From positions 72,587 to 136,586 of the forward strand of contig CAKSDZ010000003.1 of NCBI GenBank assembly GCA_934446365.1: a DNA stretch of 64,000 nt. The letters are read 5' to 3'. Made by a program: the position numbers and the translations under genes. The notes beneath the pieces are model-generated. The model was not told where the DNA came from. It saw only the letters and a list, made by a program, of their open reading frames with translations, and did not search any database. Below are positions 18,000 to 27,178 of this stretch, one piece after another (positions within the stretch are counted from its first letter, which is position 1; every line of letters begins with the position of its first letter). The stretch comes from an uncultured Eubacteriales bacterium (GTDB lineage Bacteria; Bacillota; Clostridia; Oscillospirales; CAG-272).

Positions 18000-18464
18000 C
18001 CCCACAAATGCGGAGCATTTGTGTTAAAGGAAATAGAAACATGGCAGAAAGCCTAAAAGGGTATAGATCGCTTGGACGAAAGACACCCCACAAATGCGGA
18101 GCATTTGTGCCCATGGAAATAGAAACATGGCAGGAAGCTTAAAAGGGTATAGATCGCTTGGACGAAAGCTACCCCACAAATGCGGAGCATTTGTGTTAAG
18201 GGTAACAGAAACATGGCAGAAAGCTTAAAAAGGTATAGATCGTTTGGATAAAAGACACCCCACAAATGCGGAGCATTTGTGTCCATGGAAACAGAAACAT
18301 GGCAGAAAGCTCAAAAGGGTATAGATCGCTTGGATGAAAAACACCCCACAAATGCGGAGCATTTGTGTCTATGGAAACAGAAACATGGCAGAAAGTCCAA
18401 AAGGGTATAGATCGCTTGGATAAAAGACACCCCACAAATGCGGAGCATTTGTGTCCATGGAAAC
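18000..18464. repeat. 86-bp tandem repeat array, 5.4 copies, each with an invariant palindrome
   Basis: Copies start at 18000, 18086, 18172, 18258, 18344 and 18430, an exact 86-bp period. All carry CCCCACAAATGCGGAGCATTTGTG (9-bp arms CACAAATGC/GCATTTGTG). The remaining 62 bp are about 90% conserved. Confidence 0.9.
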
Positions 18465-18689
18465 GAAAAACCGGGAATGTTAAAGTATAGAATCATGCGG
18501 ATATATCCAATATAAATAAGATCGAGAATTTTTCTCGCCGGCGGCCTCGTTGAAATTTGGATTTTTGCCAATCGGAAAGCATCGGCATTGGGCGCGATTC
18601 CAAACGGAAAAATATAAATAAAAAATTTTTTTGTAAAAAATGTGACCTGCGCAGGGTCTTATGCGTTTTACATACAGGAGGGACAAAAA

Positions 18690-19187
18690 GTGCTCTTATC
18701 TTTGGACAGCAAAACGGCGCTTGAAAAAGCTTATGACCGATATGCCGACATGCTGTATCGTCTCGCGCTCTCCCATTTGGGCAGGCGAGAGGATGCAGAG
18801 GATGCGGTTCAGGACGTCTTTACAAAATATGTCGGCACATCTCCTCGGTTTTCCGACGACGAGCACGAGCGCGCATGGCTCGTTCGGGTTACGGTGAATC
18901 GGTGTCACGATATGCAAAGACGCGGAAAGCTGCGCTGTCATGATTCGCTCGATGATATATCCGAGCTTCCGCTTGCGGCGGACGAAAGTGAAAACGGCGT
19001 ATTGCAAACGGTGTTTACGCTTCCGGAAAAATACAAGACGGCGATTGTGCTTCATTATTTGGAGGGCTTTTCCGTCGAGGAAATATCATCGATGATGGGA
19101 TTATCGGGTTCCGCCGTTAAGATGCGTCTGTCCCGCGGCAGAGAGCTGCTGAAAAATCTGCTCGATAAGGAGGAAATTTATGTTTGA
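18690..19187 (+). CDS. ECF-type RNA polymerase sigma-70 factor
   Basis: Region 2 (DAEDAVQDVF..RVTVNRCHD) and region 4 HTH (VLHYLEGFSVEEISSMMGLSGSAVKMRLSRGR). GTG 18690 lies 8 nt after AGGAGG. Confidence 0.85.
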   Translation: MLLSLDSKTALEKAYDRYADMLYRLALSHLGRREDAEDAVQDVFTKYVGTSPRFSDDEHERAWLVRVTVNRCHDMQRRGKLRCHDSLDDISELPLAADESENGVLQTVFTLPEKYKTAIVLHYLEGFSVEEISSMMGLSGSAVKMRLSRGRELLKNLLDKEEIYV

Positions 19188-19773
19188 CAAAAAAACCGTC
19201 GACGCCTATAAGCAAATCACGGCGCCGGATGAACTGAAAGAAAAGGTTATGGCGGCATGTCTTGTCGATAAGGCTCCCGAGAAAAGAAATTTCTTCGGAA
19301 CTATGAGAATGTATGCGACACTCGCCGCGTGTTTTGTCCTTGTCATCGTTTTCTCTGTTTTTGCCGTCGGGAATTTCGGCGATCTTTCGGTTTCTGTCTA
19401 TGGAAAGACGCTTACATCCGAATCTGTAATATTGTCCGATTCGGAAACCGAGCCTATTGCGTATTCCGCCGAGCCGAGGACTGTCCGCCGGACGAGTATT
19501 CCGGTGGAGCTCGAAGTCAGCGGTGAAACGGAGATATCCGTTTCCGATGGAATGATGAAGGTATGCGACGCCGAAACGGAGGAGGAGCTGTATTCCGGTA
19601 CCGAATTTACGGCTGAAGAAGACGTGCTTATTTATTGGACGGTGGATGCCGACGAAACGGCAACACACTTTGAAATGGTGATAAGCGGACGGAAAAAAAG
19701 CTATGTGCTTCTGCTGGATTTCGATGAGAATACAAAGCAATGGGCAATATGCAGAGAAAAGCGAAAGAACTGA
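19180..19773 (+). CDS. putative membrane-anchored anti-sigma factor
   Basis: Start overlaps the sigma gene stop (ATGTTTGA). Single TM span (YATLAACFVLVIVFSVFAV) after a ~45-aa cytoplasmic N-terminus. Confidence 0.5.
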   Translation: MFDKKTVDAYKQITAPDELKEKVMAACLVDKAPEKRNFFGTMRMYATLAACFVLVIVFSVFAVGNFGDLSVSVYGKTLTSESVILSDSETEPIAYSAEPRTVRRTSIPVELEVSGETEISVSDGMMKVCDAETEEELYSGTEFTAEEDVLIYWTVDADETATHFEMVISGRKKSYVLLLDFDENTKQWAICREKRKN

Positions 19774-19791
19774 TTTTGGAGGTCTGTTTAC

Positions 19792-20427
19792 ATGAAAAAA
19801 CTGTTGGCTTTGATGCTGGCTGCCGTCATGATTTTGGCGATTGTGTCCTGCGGCAAAAACAGTGAGGAGGATACGACGAAAGCCAGCGATACGACAAAAC
19901 CGGAGACGACCGGTTCGGAGCAAACGACATCGCCCGAGGAGGCGACCGATCCGGAGGAGACCACGGCGCCGGAGGAAACGACGGGAGAACCGGAGATTCC
20001 GGAAAAGCCCGACGCGACGCTTTCCGAGCTTATCGATAAGATTTATGAGATCCATCCTGTCGATGTTTTTGTCATGACAACGGAATGTGACCTTGGCGAT
20101 GCGGATTATATGAAGTATGCGATCGGACTTGAAAGCGTGGATAAGGCTTCGGAGGCCTGTACTTCCGGTCCGATGATATCGGCTCAGGCTTATGAGCTGG
20201 CGCTTGTCCGCGTAAAGGATGCGGCGGATGCCGAGGCAGTTGCAAGGGAAATGCTCGAGGGCGCCGACCCCGGCAAGTGGATCTGTGTGAGAGCGGAATC
20301 CGTGCAGGTCGCAGTTTCCGGCGACTTGATTCTGATGGTGATGTCCTCGAAGGAGGAAGCGGCCGGCTTGGTTGACGCATTCAAGACCGTTTGCGGCGGC
20401 GAGCTCGATTTTGTTCTGGAAAAATAA
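19792..20427 (+). CDS. lipoprotein, DUF4358-like (tentative)
   Basis: Lipobox LAIVSC, Thr/Pro/Glu-rich linker, ~130-aa globular C-terminus. Paralogous to the next gene. Confidence 0.6.
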   Translation: MKKLLALMLAAVMILAIVSCGKNSEEDTTKASDTTKPETTGSEQTTSPEEATDPEETTAPEETTGEPEIPEKPDATLSELIDKIYEIHPVDVFVMTTECDLGDADYMKYAIGLESVDKASEACTSGPMISAQAYELALVRVKDAADAEAVAREMLEGADPGKWICVRAESVQVAVSGDLILMVMSSKEEAAGLVDAFKTVCGGELDFVLEK

Positions 20428-20471
20428 TATACACCAAAAAACGATTTAAAAATTTAAAGGAGATTTTGAAC

Positions 20472-21149
20472 ATGAAAAAATTACTTGCCTTTATTCTTGC
20501 AGCAGCGATGATTTTTGCCTTTGCCTCTTGCGGCAAGGACGACCCTGAGGATACGACCGGAAAGGACCCTTCTCAGACCACCGCGGATACGAAAGCTCCG
20601 GAGGATACAACCGCTCCGGAAGATACGACAAGTCCGGAGGATACAACCGGCGGTAAGGAGCCGGAGGTGCCGGAAGCTTCCGGTGCCCTTGACGTGCTGA
20701 ATAAAATTTGGGATTCGTTTGATGATGAAGAAAAATTCGCAGTCATAGGCGGAATGGATTCCGAAGACAATATTGTCGACGGCGCTCCGGGCAGTTTCAG
20801 CGTCGAAAACGCAGAGCTGCTCGATTCCACGCTTGGCTTTCCGCAGGCATCCGCCTCTCAAATAGAGAGTGCCGCGTCCCTTATCTTTATGATGAACGCC
20901 AATTCCTTTACGGCAGGCGCTTATCAGGTCAAAAATTCTTCCGATATCGAAACGCTTGCCTCTGCTATCAAAGACAATATCATGAACAGACAGTGGATGT
21001 GCGGCTTCCCGGATAAGCTGATCGTCATCAGCGCCGGTGATTCTATTGTTTCCGCTTTCGGAAACGAAGATTTTATCGAGCTTTTCAAAACCAAGACGCT
21101 TGCAGCGCTCGACGGTGCCAAGCTTCTCTATGAGGAACCGATTCTCTGA
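20472..21149 (+). CDS. lipoprotein, DUF4358-like (tentative)
   Basis: ATG 20472 follows AAGGAG. Lipobox AFASC and PEDTT-repeat linker. Confidence 0.6.
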   Translation: MKKLLAFILAAAMIFAFASCGKDDPEDTTGKDPSQTTADTKAPEDTTAPEDTTSPEDTTGGKEPEVPEASGALDVLNKIWDSFDDEEKFAVIGGMDSEDNIVDGAPGSFSVENAELLDSTLGFPQASASQIESAASLIFMMNANSFTAGAYQVKNSSDIETLASAIKDNIMNRQWMCGFPDKLIVISAGDSIVSAFGNEDFIELFKTKTLAALDGAKLLYEEPIL

Positions 21150-21225
21150 GCATAGCGACAGATTTCATCAGCGGGAGAGATAAAAGCTTCTCCCGCTGAA
21201 ATAAAAATACACACGGGTAAAAAAC

Positions 21226-22626
21226 ATGTTATTTTCCAGTATTCCGTTTCTTTACTATTTTCTGCCGTGCGTACTGATTCTGTATTTTGTAGTGCCCAAA
21301 TGCCTGAAAAACACGGTGCTGCTTTTGTCCAGCCTTGTTTTTTACGCTTGGGGCGAACCGAAATATGTGCTGCTCATGGCGGTATCCATTACGCTTGGCT
21401 ATGTATTCGGGCTTCTGATTGAGATATGGCGGGGAACAAAGCTGTCGAAGCTGTTTCTCATTCTCTCGATTGTGACGAGCCTCGGACTGCTCGGATATTT
21501 CAAATATGCGGATTTCTTTATTGCCAATTTCAATGCGGCGACAGGGCTTTCCGTCCCGCTTCTCAAAATTGCGCTGCCGATCGGCATCAGCTTCTATACG
21601 TTCCAGATTCTCAGTTATACCGTAGACGTTTACAGAGGCGAGGTCAAGGCGCAGAGAAATTATATCAGTCTTGCCGTTTATGTGGCGCTGTTCCCGCAAC
21701 TTATTGCGGGTCCTATTGTCCGCTATTCCGATATCGCGGCGCAGCTGGAATCGAGAACACACAGCTTTTCCAATGTTGCCCTCGGCACACGCCGGTTTAT
21801 TCTCGGTCTTGCCAAGAAGGTTCTGATTGCAAATGCGCTTGGTGAGCTTTGCGATATCTTTAAGGAATCAAACGACAAATCCGTTCTTTTCTTTTGGCTT
21901 TACGCGATTGCGTTTACGCTGCACATTTATTTCGACTTCTCGGGTTACAGCGATATGGCGATCGGACTCGGCAAAATCTTCGGCTTTGATTTCCTCGAAA
22001 ACTTCGATTACCCTTACATTTCGGGGAGCATTACGGAATTTTGGCGCCGCTGGCATATGTCGCTTGGCTCGTGGTTCCGGGATTATGTGTATATTCCGCT
22101 CGGCGGCAACCGTGTATCCAAAGCCCGCTGGTTTCTCAACATATTCATCGTCTGGATGCTGACGGGCTTTTGGCACGGCGCCGCATGGAACTTCATCGTA
22201 TGGGGACTTTTCTTTGCGATTCTGCTGATTATCGAGAAGCTGTGGCTCTTGAAGCCCCTGAAAAAATCGAAGGTGTTAAGTCACATTTATGTGATGTTCT
22301 TCGTCATCATCAGCTTTGTTATTTTCAATGCGGCGGATATGAAGGAAGCATTTTCCTATATCGGAGGTATGTTCGGAGCCGGCGGCATCCCGTTTATCTC
22401 GGAGGAATGGCTCTATTATCTGCGCAGCTACGGCGTCGTGCTCATTGTGGCGATCATCGGTGCGACACCGCTTGTGAAGAAGCTCGTTCTTTCCGTCAAA
22501 AAGAAATCGACGGGCGAAAAAATCATGAACATTGCGGAGCCTATCATGCTTGTGGCGCTTTTGCTTGTGATCACCGCTTATTTGGTGGATGGCTCCTTCA
22601 ATCCGTTCCTCTATTTCAGATTCTAA
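21226..22626 (+). CDS. MBOAT family O-acyltransferase (AlgI/DltB-like)
   Basis: Polytopic membrane protein with WRRWHMSLGSWFRDYVYIPLGG and GFWHGA motifs. Confidence 0.9.
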   Translation: MLFSSIPFLYYFLPCVLILYFVVPKCLKNTVLLLSSLVFYAWGEPKYVLLMAVSITLGYVFGLLIEIWRGTKLSKLFLILSIVTSLGLLGYFKYADFFIANFNAATGLSVPLLKIALPIGISFYTFQILSYTVDVYRGEVKAQRNYISLAVYVALFPQLIAGPIVRYSDIAAQLESRTHSFSNVALGTRRFILGLAKKVLIANALGELCDIFKESNDKSVLFFWLYAIAFTLHIYFDFSGYSDMAIGLGKIFGFDFLENFDYPYISGSITEFWRRWHMSLGSWFRDYVYIPLGGNRVSKARWFLNIFIVWMLTGFWHGAAWNFIVWGLFFAILLIIEKLWLLKPLKKSKVLSHIYVMFFVIISFVIFNAADMKEAFSYIGGMFGAGGIPFISEEWLYYLRSYGVVLIVAIIGATPLVKKLVLSVKKKSTGEKIMNIAEPIMLVALLLVITAYLVDGSFNPFLYFRF

Positions 22627-22641
22627 GGAGGTGACGCTTTT

Positions 22642-23748
22642 ATGACGACAAAAATCAAAAATATCGTGACGGTCTGTGTGATGGCCGTGTTCCTGTTCGG
22701 TCTTTCGTTTTATTGCTGGGCGAAGCCCGCGGATGCGTTTTCCGACAGCGAAAGGCGGAATCTCGATCAGTTTCCGAAATTGGATAAGGATTCCGTTTTA
22801 TCAGGCGATTTCATGACGGACTTTGAGGATTACACGCTCGATCAGTTTCCGCTGCGCGACCGGTTCCGCACGCTCAAAGCGTTTACACGATTCTATGTAT
22901 TCTGGCAGAAGGATAACAACGATATTTATATCGAAGACGGATATGCTGCAAAGCTCGAATATCCGATGAATGAAAGCTCGATCGATCGGGCGGCGGAGAG
23001 GTTCCGGTATCTCTATGACAAATACATGGCGGATAAGGATGTAAACGTTTATTTTTCCATCGTGCCTGACAAGAGCTATTTCCTTGCGGAGAAGAACGGA
23101 TATCTCGCGATGGATTATGAGAAGTTTTTCTCGCTGATGCAGGAAAAGACGGACTATATGGAGTATATCGATATCACGGGACTGCTCGATATCGAGGACT
23201 ACTACAAGACGGATACGCACTGGAAGCAGGAAAAGCTCACGGACGTCGCGGCGAAGCTTGCGGCCGGCATGGGCGTCACGCTTTCCGGCAATTACACGGA
23301 AAAGACGCTCGACAATCCGTTTTACGGCGTGTATTACGGACAATCTGCGCTTCCGCTCTCGCCCGACACCATCAAGTATCTGACAAGCGACGTGCTGGAT
23401 GGCTGCAAGGTTTACAACTATGAGAGCGGCAGACCGGAGGAAATCGGCGTATACAATATGGATAAAGCTTATGGGAAGGATCCGTATGAGATGTTCCTTT
23501 CCGGCTCACTCTCTCTCATTACGATTGAGAATCCGAATGCGACGACCGACAAGGAGCTTGTCATCTTCCGTGATTCTTTCGGAAGCAGCATCGCTCCGCT
23601 TTTGGTGGAGGGTTATGCCAAAGTCACGCTTGTCGATATTCGGTATGTCGCAAGCGATCTCGTCGGAAGATTCGTAGATTTTGAAAATCAGGATGTCCTG
23701 TTCCTTTACAGCACGCTTGTGCTCAACAACAGCGTTACGCTGAAATAA
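22642..23748 (+). CDS. DHHW family protein (AlgX/AlgJ-like partner of MBOAT)
   Basis: N-terminal TM anchor, YYKTDTHW motif, FRDSFG motif. Immediately downstream of the MBOAT gene. Confidence 0.75.
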   Translation: MTTKIKNIVTVCVMAVFLFGLSFYCWAKPADAFSDSERRNLDQFPKLDKDSVLSGDFMTDFEDYTLDQFPLRDRFRTLKAFTRFYVFWQKDNNDIYIEDGYAAKLEYPMNESSIDRAAERFRYLYDKYMADKDVNVYFSIVPDKSYFLAEKNGYLAMDYEKFFSLMQEKTDYMEYIDITGLLDIEDYYKTDTHWKQEKLTDVAAKLAAGMGVTLSGNYTEKTLDNPFYGVYYGQSALPLSPDTIKYLTSDVLDGCKVYNYESGRPEEIGVYNMDKAYGKDPYEMFLSGSLSLITIENPNATTDKELVIFRDSFGSSIAPLLVEGYAKVTLVDIRYVASDLVGRFVDFENQDVLFLYSTLVLNNSVTLK

Positions 23749-23759
23749 TAACAAAAACG

Positions 23760-23794
23760 GCCGCCGGAGGCTTCAAGCATCCGGCGGCTTTTTT
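23760..23794 (+). terminator. rho-independent terminator
   Basis: GCCGCCGGA..TCCGGCGGC followed by T6. Confidence 0.7.
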
Positions 23795-23863
23795 ATATTG
23801 ACATGGGCTGCTTTGTATGATATTATGGTAAAAAATTGATTGATCGGGTAACGGAGGGATATT

Positions 23864-24964
23864 ATGACGGAAAATACAGACCGAATGCCGCAGGAGCCGG
23901 AAAATACGGAATATGAGGCAGAGAATATGTCGGGGGAAGCCGTTTTATTAGATGAGACGTCGGCGGCGCGCGGCATGAAAAAGCAGTATGACCGGATCGG
24001 ATGGGCGCTTGTCACCGTGGTTTTGGTGTGGCAGGTATTGATGCTGCTTGTGGGAATCGTGATGTCCGTCATTGAGCTTACAACCGGTTTTGCGATGGTG
24101 GATGCCTATTATCGATATCTTCTCCTGATCAACGAAGCGGCGCTTGCGGTCGGCATCCTTGCCGGTGCGCAGGTTTTGCGCGGTATTCCTTGTCATGCAC
24201 CGGAGAAACGCCCGTTTTCTGTGGGACAATTTATCATTCTTTTGTGTATTTGCTACGCTGCCTCGATCGCGGGGAATTTGGTCGGCAATTTGGTTCTCGG
24301 TATTTGGAACGCGCTCACCGGCAGATCGGTCGGTTCCGAGGTCACGGAGATACTGACGGAGACGAATCCCATCGTCAATCTGTTGACCGTGGGCATCATG
24401 GCTCCTGTTTTGGAGGAGCTGCTCATGCGCAAGCTTGTCATCGACCGGACGCGCGTTTATGGAGAGCGCGTGTGCATTCTGACGTCCGCTGCGCTGTTCG
24501 CGCTGTTTCATATGAATTTCAGCCAGATGTTTTATGCCTTTGGAGTCGGGCTTCTTTTGGCATATCTCTATTGCCGCAGCGGAAAGATATGGCTGTGTAT
24601 GCTGCTCCATGCGATTTTCAACTGCATTTCCGGCGTGCTGGGAGCGGAAATTTTAACACGTTTTACGAAGATTTTTGAGCCGCTCGCGAACCTTACGGAA
24701 GAAGAGCTTGCGGAGAAGCTTCCTGAGCTTGTCCAAAATCATGGATTGTTTATCCTATTGGCTGCCCTTTATTTCATTGCCATATTCGCTATGGTGATCG
24801 CCGGAATTGTACTTCTGATTGTGAAAGCACGTCAGTTTCGGCCGGAACCCGGTGAGGTGACGCTTTCCGCGAAAAGCCGCCGTACCGCGATTTTGAAAAA
24901 TCCGGGCATGATTGCCGCTGTGATTGTGTTTTTGGGTTTTACGATTTATTCACTGTTTGTGTAG
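23864..24964 (+). CDS. CPBP family intramembrane glutamic endopeptidase (CAAX protease-like)
   Basis: EELLMRK, FALFH and HAIFN motifs in a polytopic membrane protein. A TTGACA-17-TATTAT promoter lies at 23800-23828. Confidence 0.8.
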   Translation: MTENTDRMPQEPENTEYEAENMSGEAVLLDETSAARGMKKQYDRIGWALVTVVLVWQVLMLLVGIVMSVIELTTGFAMVDAYYRYLLLINEAALAVGILAGAQVLRGIPCHAPEKRPFSVGQFIILLCICYAASIAGNLVGNLVLGIWNALTGRSVGSEVTEILTETNPIVNLLTVGIMAPVLEELLMRKLVIDRTRVYGERVCILTSAALFALFHMNFSQMFYAFGVGLLLAYLYCRSGKIWLCMLLHAIFNCISGVLGAEILTRFTKIFEPLANLTEEELAEKLPELVQNHGLFILLAALYFIAIFAMVIAGIVLLIVKARQFRPEPGEVTLSAKSRRTAILKNPGMIAAVIVFLGFTIYSLFV

Positions 24965-25005
24965 AAAAAACTCTGAAAGACGGTTTTTTCAGGATAGATA
25001 AAACA

Positions 25006-25046
25006 AATCCCGCACGAGCTTCGCTTGCGAAGCATCGTGCGGGATT
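25006..25046. terminator. bidirectional stem-loop between convergent genes
   Basis: AATCCCGCACGA(GCTTCGC-TT-GCGAAGC)ATCGTGCGGGATT; T-rich run on the minus-strand side. Confidence 0.6.
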
Positions 25047-25694
25047 CTATTTTAATTTTAATCCAACTTTTTTGAAATATTCTTTATCTTGATTCATAAA
25101 AGCAAGCATATCTTCTATGGCTGCCTGATAATCGATTGGATGCCAATGTGTGGTGGTATGGATTTTCTTTTTTGTGAATTTTTTAATTTTGTCATATTCC
25201 ATGACAAATATAAATTCTGAAAAATCTCCGTCTTTCTGATATAATTGCATTTTGCCGATTTCAGATTCACCGATTATTACAAAATAATCGGTATCCGATG
25301 CGAAGTCTAAGTCTACCGAAGCGCGCCGCAATGCTATCGGCAAATTCATCTGTACCCCTTTTTTATAAATATATTCAATATCCATTATCGGATACCCCAT
25401 CTCTCTTTGTTTGTTTATGTTTAAAAGGAGTTCAAAAAAACCACGAAATTTACTTTGGTCTTTTCCCAAATGAATCTGTGTTCTTCCATAATCAGCATCA
25501 GCGCCAAGAGAAATCATTCTTTTCAAATCCGCAATATTTTCATCGATATAGTACGGCTCTTTAATTGAAAGCTTTTTTCCGTCATTGTTGGGTGTCGGAG
25601 GCTCTTCTAAAATGGTTATTTGAGAATCAAGACCGAATATTGGCAGAAATTCAATCAATTCTTCTTTTTCGATTTCTGTAACGAGTACTTTCAT
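25047..25694 (-). CDS. hypothetical protein in AT-rich islet
   Basis: 215-aa Lys/Ile/Glu-rich ORF in a ~750-bp segment whose GC content is far below that of its neighbours. No recognisable motif. Confidence 0.55.
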   Translation of the reverse strand: MKVLVTEIEKEELIEFLPIFGLDSQITILEEPPTPNNDGKKLSIKEPYYIDENIADLKRMISLGADADYGRTQIHLGKDQSKFRGFFELLLNINKQREMGYPIMDIEYIYKKGVQMNLPIALRRASVDLDFASDTDYFVIIGESEIGKMQLYQKDGDFSEFIFVMEYDKIKKFTKKKIHTTTHWHPIDYQAAIEDMLAFMNQDKEYFKKVGLKLK

Positions 25695-25790
25695 GTTGGT
25701 AATTTAAATTCCTCCAATGTCGAATCCGTATAAAAGCGTTTTTAACTAATTTCAAACAGAGGGGGTATTCGGTCGGAGAATCGGCTCCGT

Positions 25791-26384
25791 TCAGATAAAA
25801 TCTCGCACGCGAAGCGTGACGCCGATTTTTTCGGCGGTTTTTCGACATGCTTCGATATCCTCGGGCGGAATCGTCGTATCGACGACGGAGAGAACAACCT
25901 CGCCGACATAAGGCTTCACATTTCCGGCAAATTCGAGAATTGCCGGATAAGCGGCTTTCCCAAACTGAGAATGACACATTTTGTCGTATGTATCCGCATC
26001 GGCAGCGTTGAGACTGATCGAAACGATGTCGAACAAGCCATCGAAAAGGGCAGTGCTGTCCTTTCCGTTGATTAGCTCCGACTGACCGTTGGTATTGAGA
26101 CGGATTTTGATGCCGGAAATACTGCGGATATAACGGCAGACCGTGAGCATGTCGGCAAGGCGCTCCGTCGGCTCTCCGTATCCGCAGAAGACAAGCTCGG
26201 AGAAGTCCGCGAGGTCGTGCCCGTCAATGGAGGCGATAATCTCCTCCACGGAAGGTTCATGGTCGAGCCACAGGTTGCCGTAAAGTGTGTCGCCGTAGCT
26301 GCGCACGCAGAAGTCGCAGCGATTGGAGCAGCGGTTGGTCATATTGACGTAAAGTCCGTCGCGATGGGTATAGGTGATGATCAT
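25791..26384 (-). CDS. radical SAM protein, TatD-associated family
   Basis: CSNRCDFC motif near the N-terminus, ~197 aa, directly downstream of tatD. ATG 26384 was chosen because the upstream extension overlaps tatD. Confidence 0.7.
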   Translation of the reverse strand: MIITYTHRDGLYVNMTNRCSNRCDFCVRSYGDTLYGNLWLDHEPSVEEIIASIDGHDLADFSELVFCGYGEPTERLADMLTVCRYIRSISGIKIRLNTNGQSELINGKDSTALFDGLFDIVSISLNAADADTYDKMCHSQFGKAAYPAILEFAGNVKPYVGEVVLSVVDTTIPPEDIEACRKTAEKIGVTLRVRDFI

Positions 26385-26404
26385 AACAATCCCTTCTTGT
26401 ATCG

Positions 26405-27175
26405 TTAAATTCCAAAAACAGTGCGGGCATTGGCCATTTCCGTTTCGCAAAATTCCGCGTAGTCCATGCCGAGAAGCTCAGCCGCTTTTTCGGCGGTATA
26501 ATGCAGATATCCGCTGTGATTGAGCTTTCCGCGCATCGGAACAGGGGAGAGATACGGGCAGTCGGTCTCGACAAGAATCCGATCGCGCGGCGTCGCACGG
26601 ACGGAATCCAAGATTCCGGCGGCATTTTTGAACGTGATAACGCCGGAAAACGAGATATACCATCCCATTTTGACGTATTCGCGCACCTGTTCCGCCGAGG
26701 CAGAGCAACTATGGATGATGCCGCGCACCCGTCCGCGGTAGGCGTGAATGACGTCGAATACGTCGCCGTGCGCCTCGCGGTCATGGATGATGACGGGCAG
26801 GCCGGCCTCGGCGGCGACGTCCATTTGGGCACGGAAAAAGCGCATCTGTGTGTCCCGATCGGAAAAATCGTAGTGATAGTCGAGTCCGATTTCTCCGATG
26901 GCGACCGTTTTTTCTCTTTGCAGAAGCGTGTGCAGCCGCTTCATTGCCGCATCCAGATTACCGGCCTTTCCGCATTCGTGCGGATGAATGCCGGCGGACG
27001 CCCATACGTTCTCATAAGACGCGGCGAGCGCGATGCAAGCCTCGGAATCGGGAAGCTCGGTAGCGACGGTGACAATGCCGCCGGCGTCGCCGGAGAGCGC
27101 CTCCGTGAGAAGCTCCGGCATGGCGCGGAGCTTTTCATCGGTATAATGGGCGTGGGTATCAAAGAGTTTTGCCAT
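26405..27175 (-). CDS. TatD family metal-dependent hydrolase (DNase)
   Basis: MAKLFDTHAHY.., GEIGLDYHY, IIHDREAH, IIHSCS and VETDCPYL motifs. Confidence 0.9.
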   Translation of the reverse strand: MAKLFDTHAHYTDEKLRAMPELLTEALSGDAGGIVTVATELPDSEACIALAASYENVWASAGIHPHECGKAGNLDAAMKRLHTLLQREKTVAIGEIGLDYHYDFSDRDTQMRFFRAQMDVAAEAGLPVIIHDREAHGDVFDVIHAYRGRVRGIIHSCSASAEQVREYVKMGWYISFSGVITFKNAAGILDSVRATPRDRILVETDCPYLSPVPMRGKLNHSGYLHYTAEKAAELLGMDYAEFCETEMANARTVFGI

Positions 27176-27178
27176 CGG

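Noticed and set aside
18000-18464. Possible CRISPR array (regularly spaced 24-nt palindromic repeat).
   Set aside because: The 62-bp inter-repeat segments are about 90% identical to each other, so they are not unique spacers. The whole 86-bp unit is the repeat. No cas genes or leader occur in the window.
18053-18571. Three overlapping minus-strand ORFs (77-86 aa) with repetitive protein sequence across the tandem array.
   Set aside because: They are by-products of the DNA repeat. The 86-bp period is not divisible by 3, so the reading frame shifts from copy to copy, and no RBS is present.
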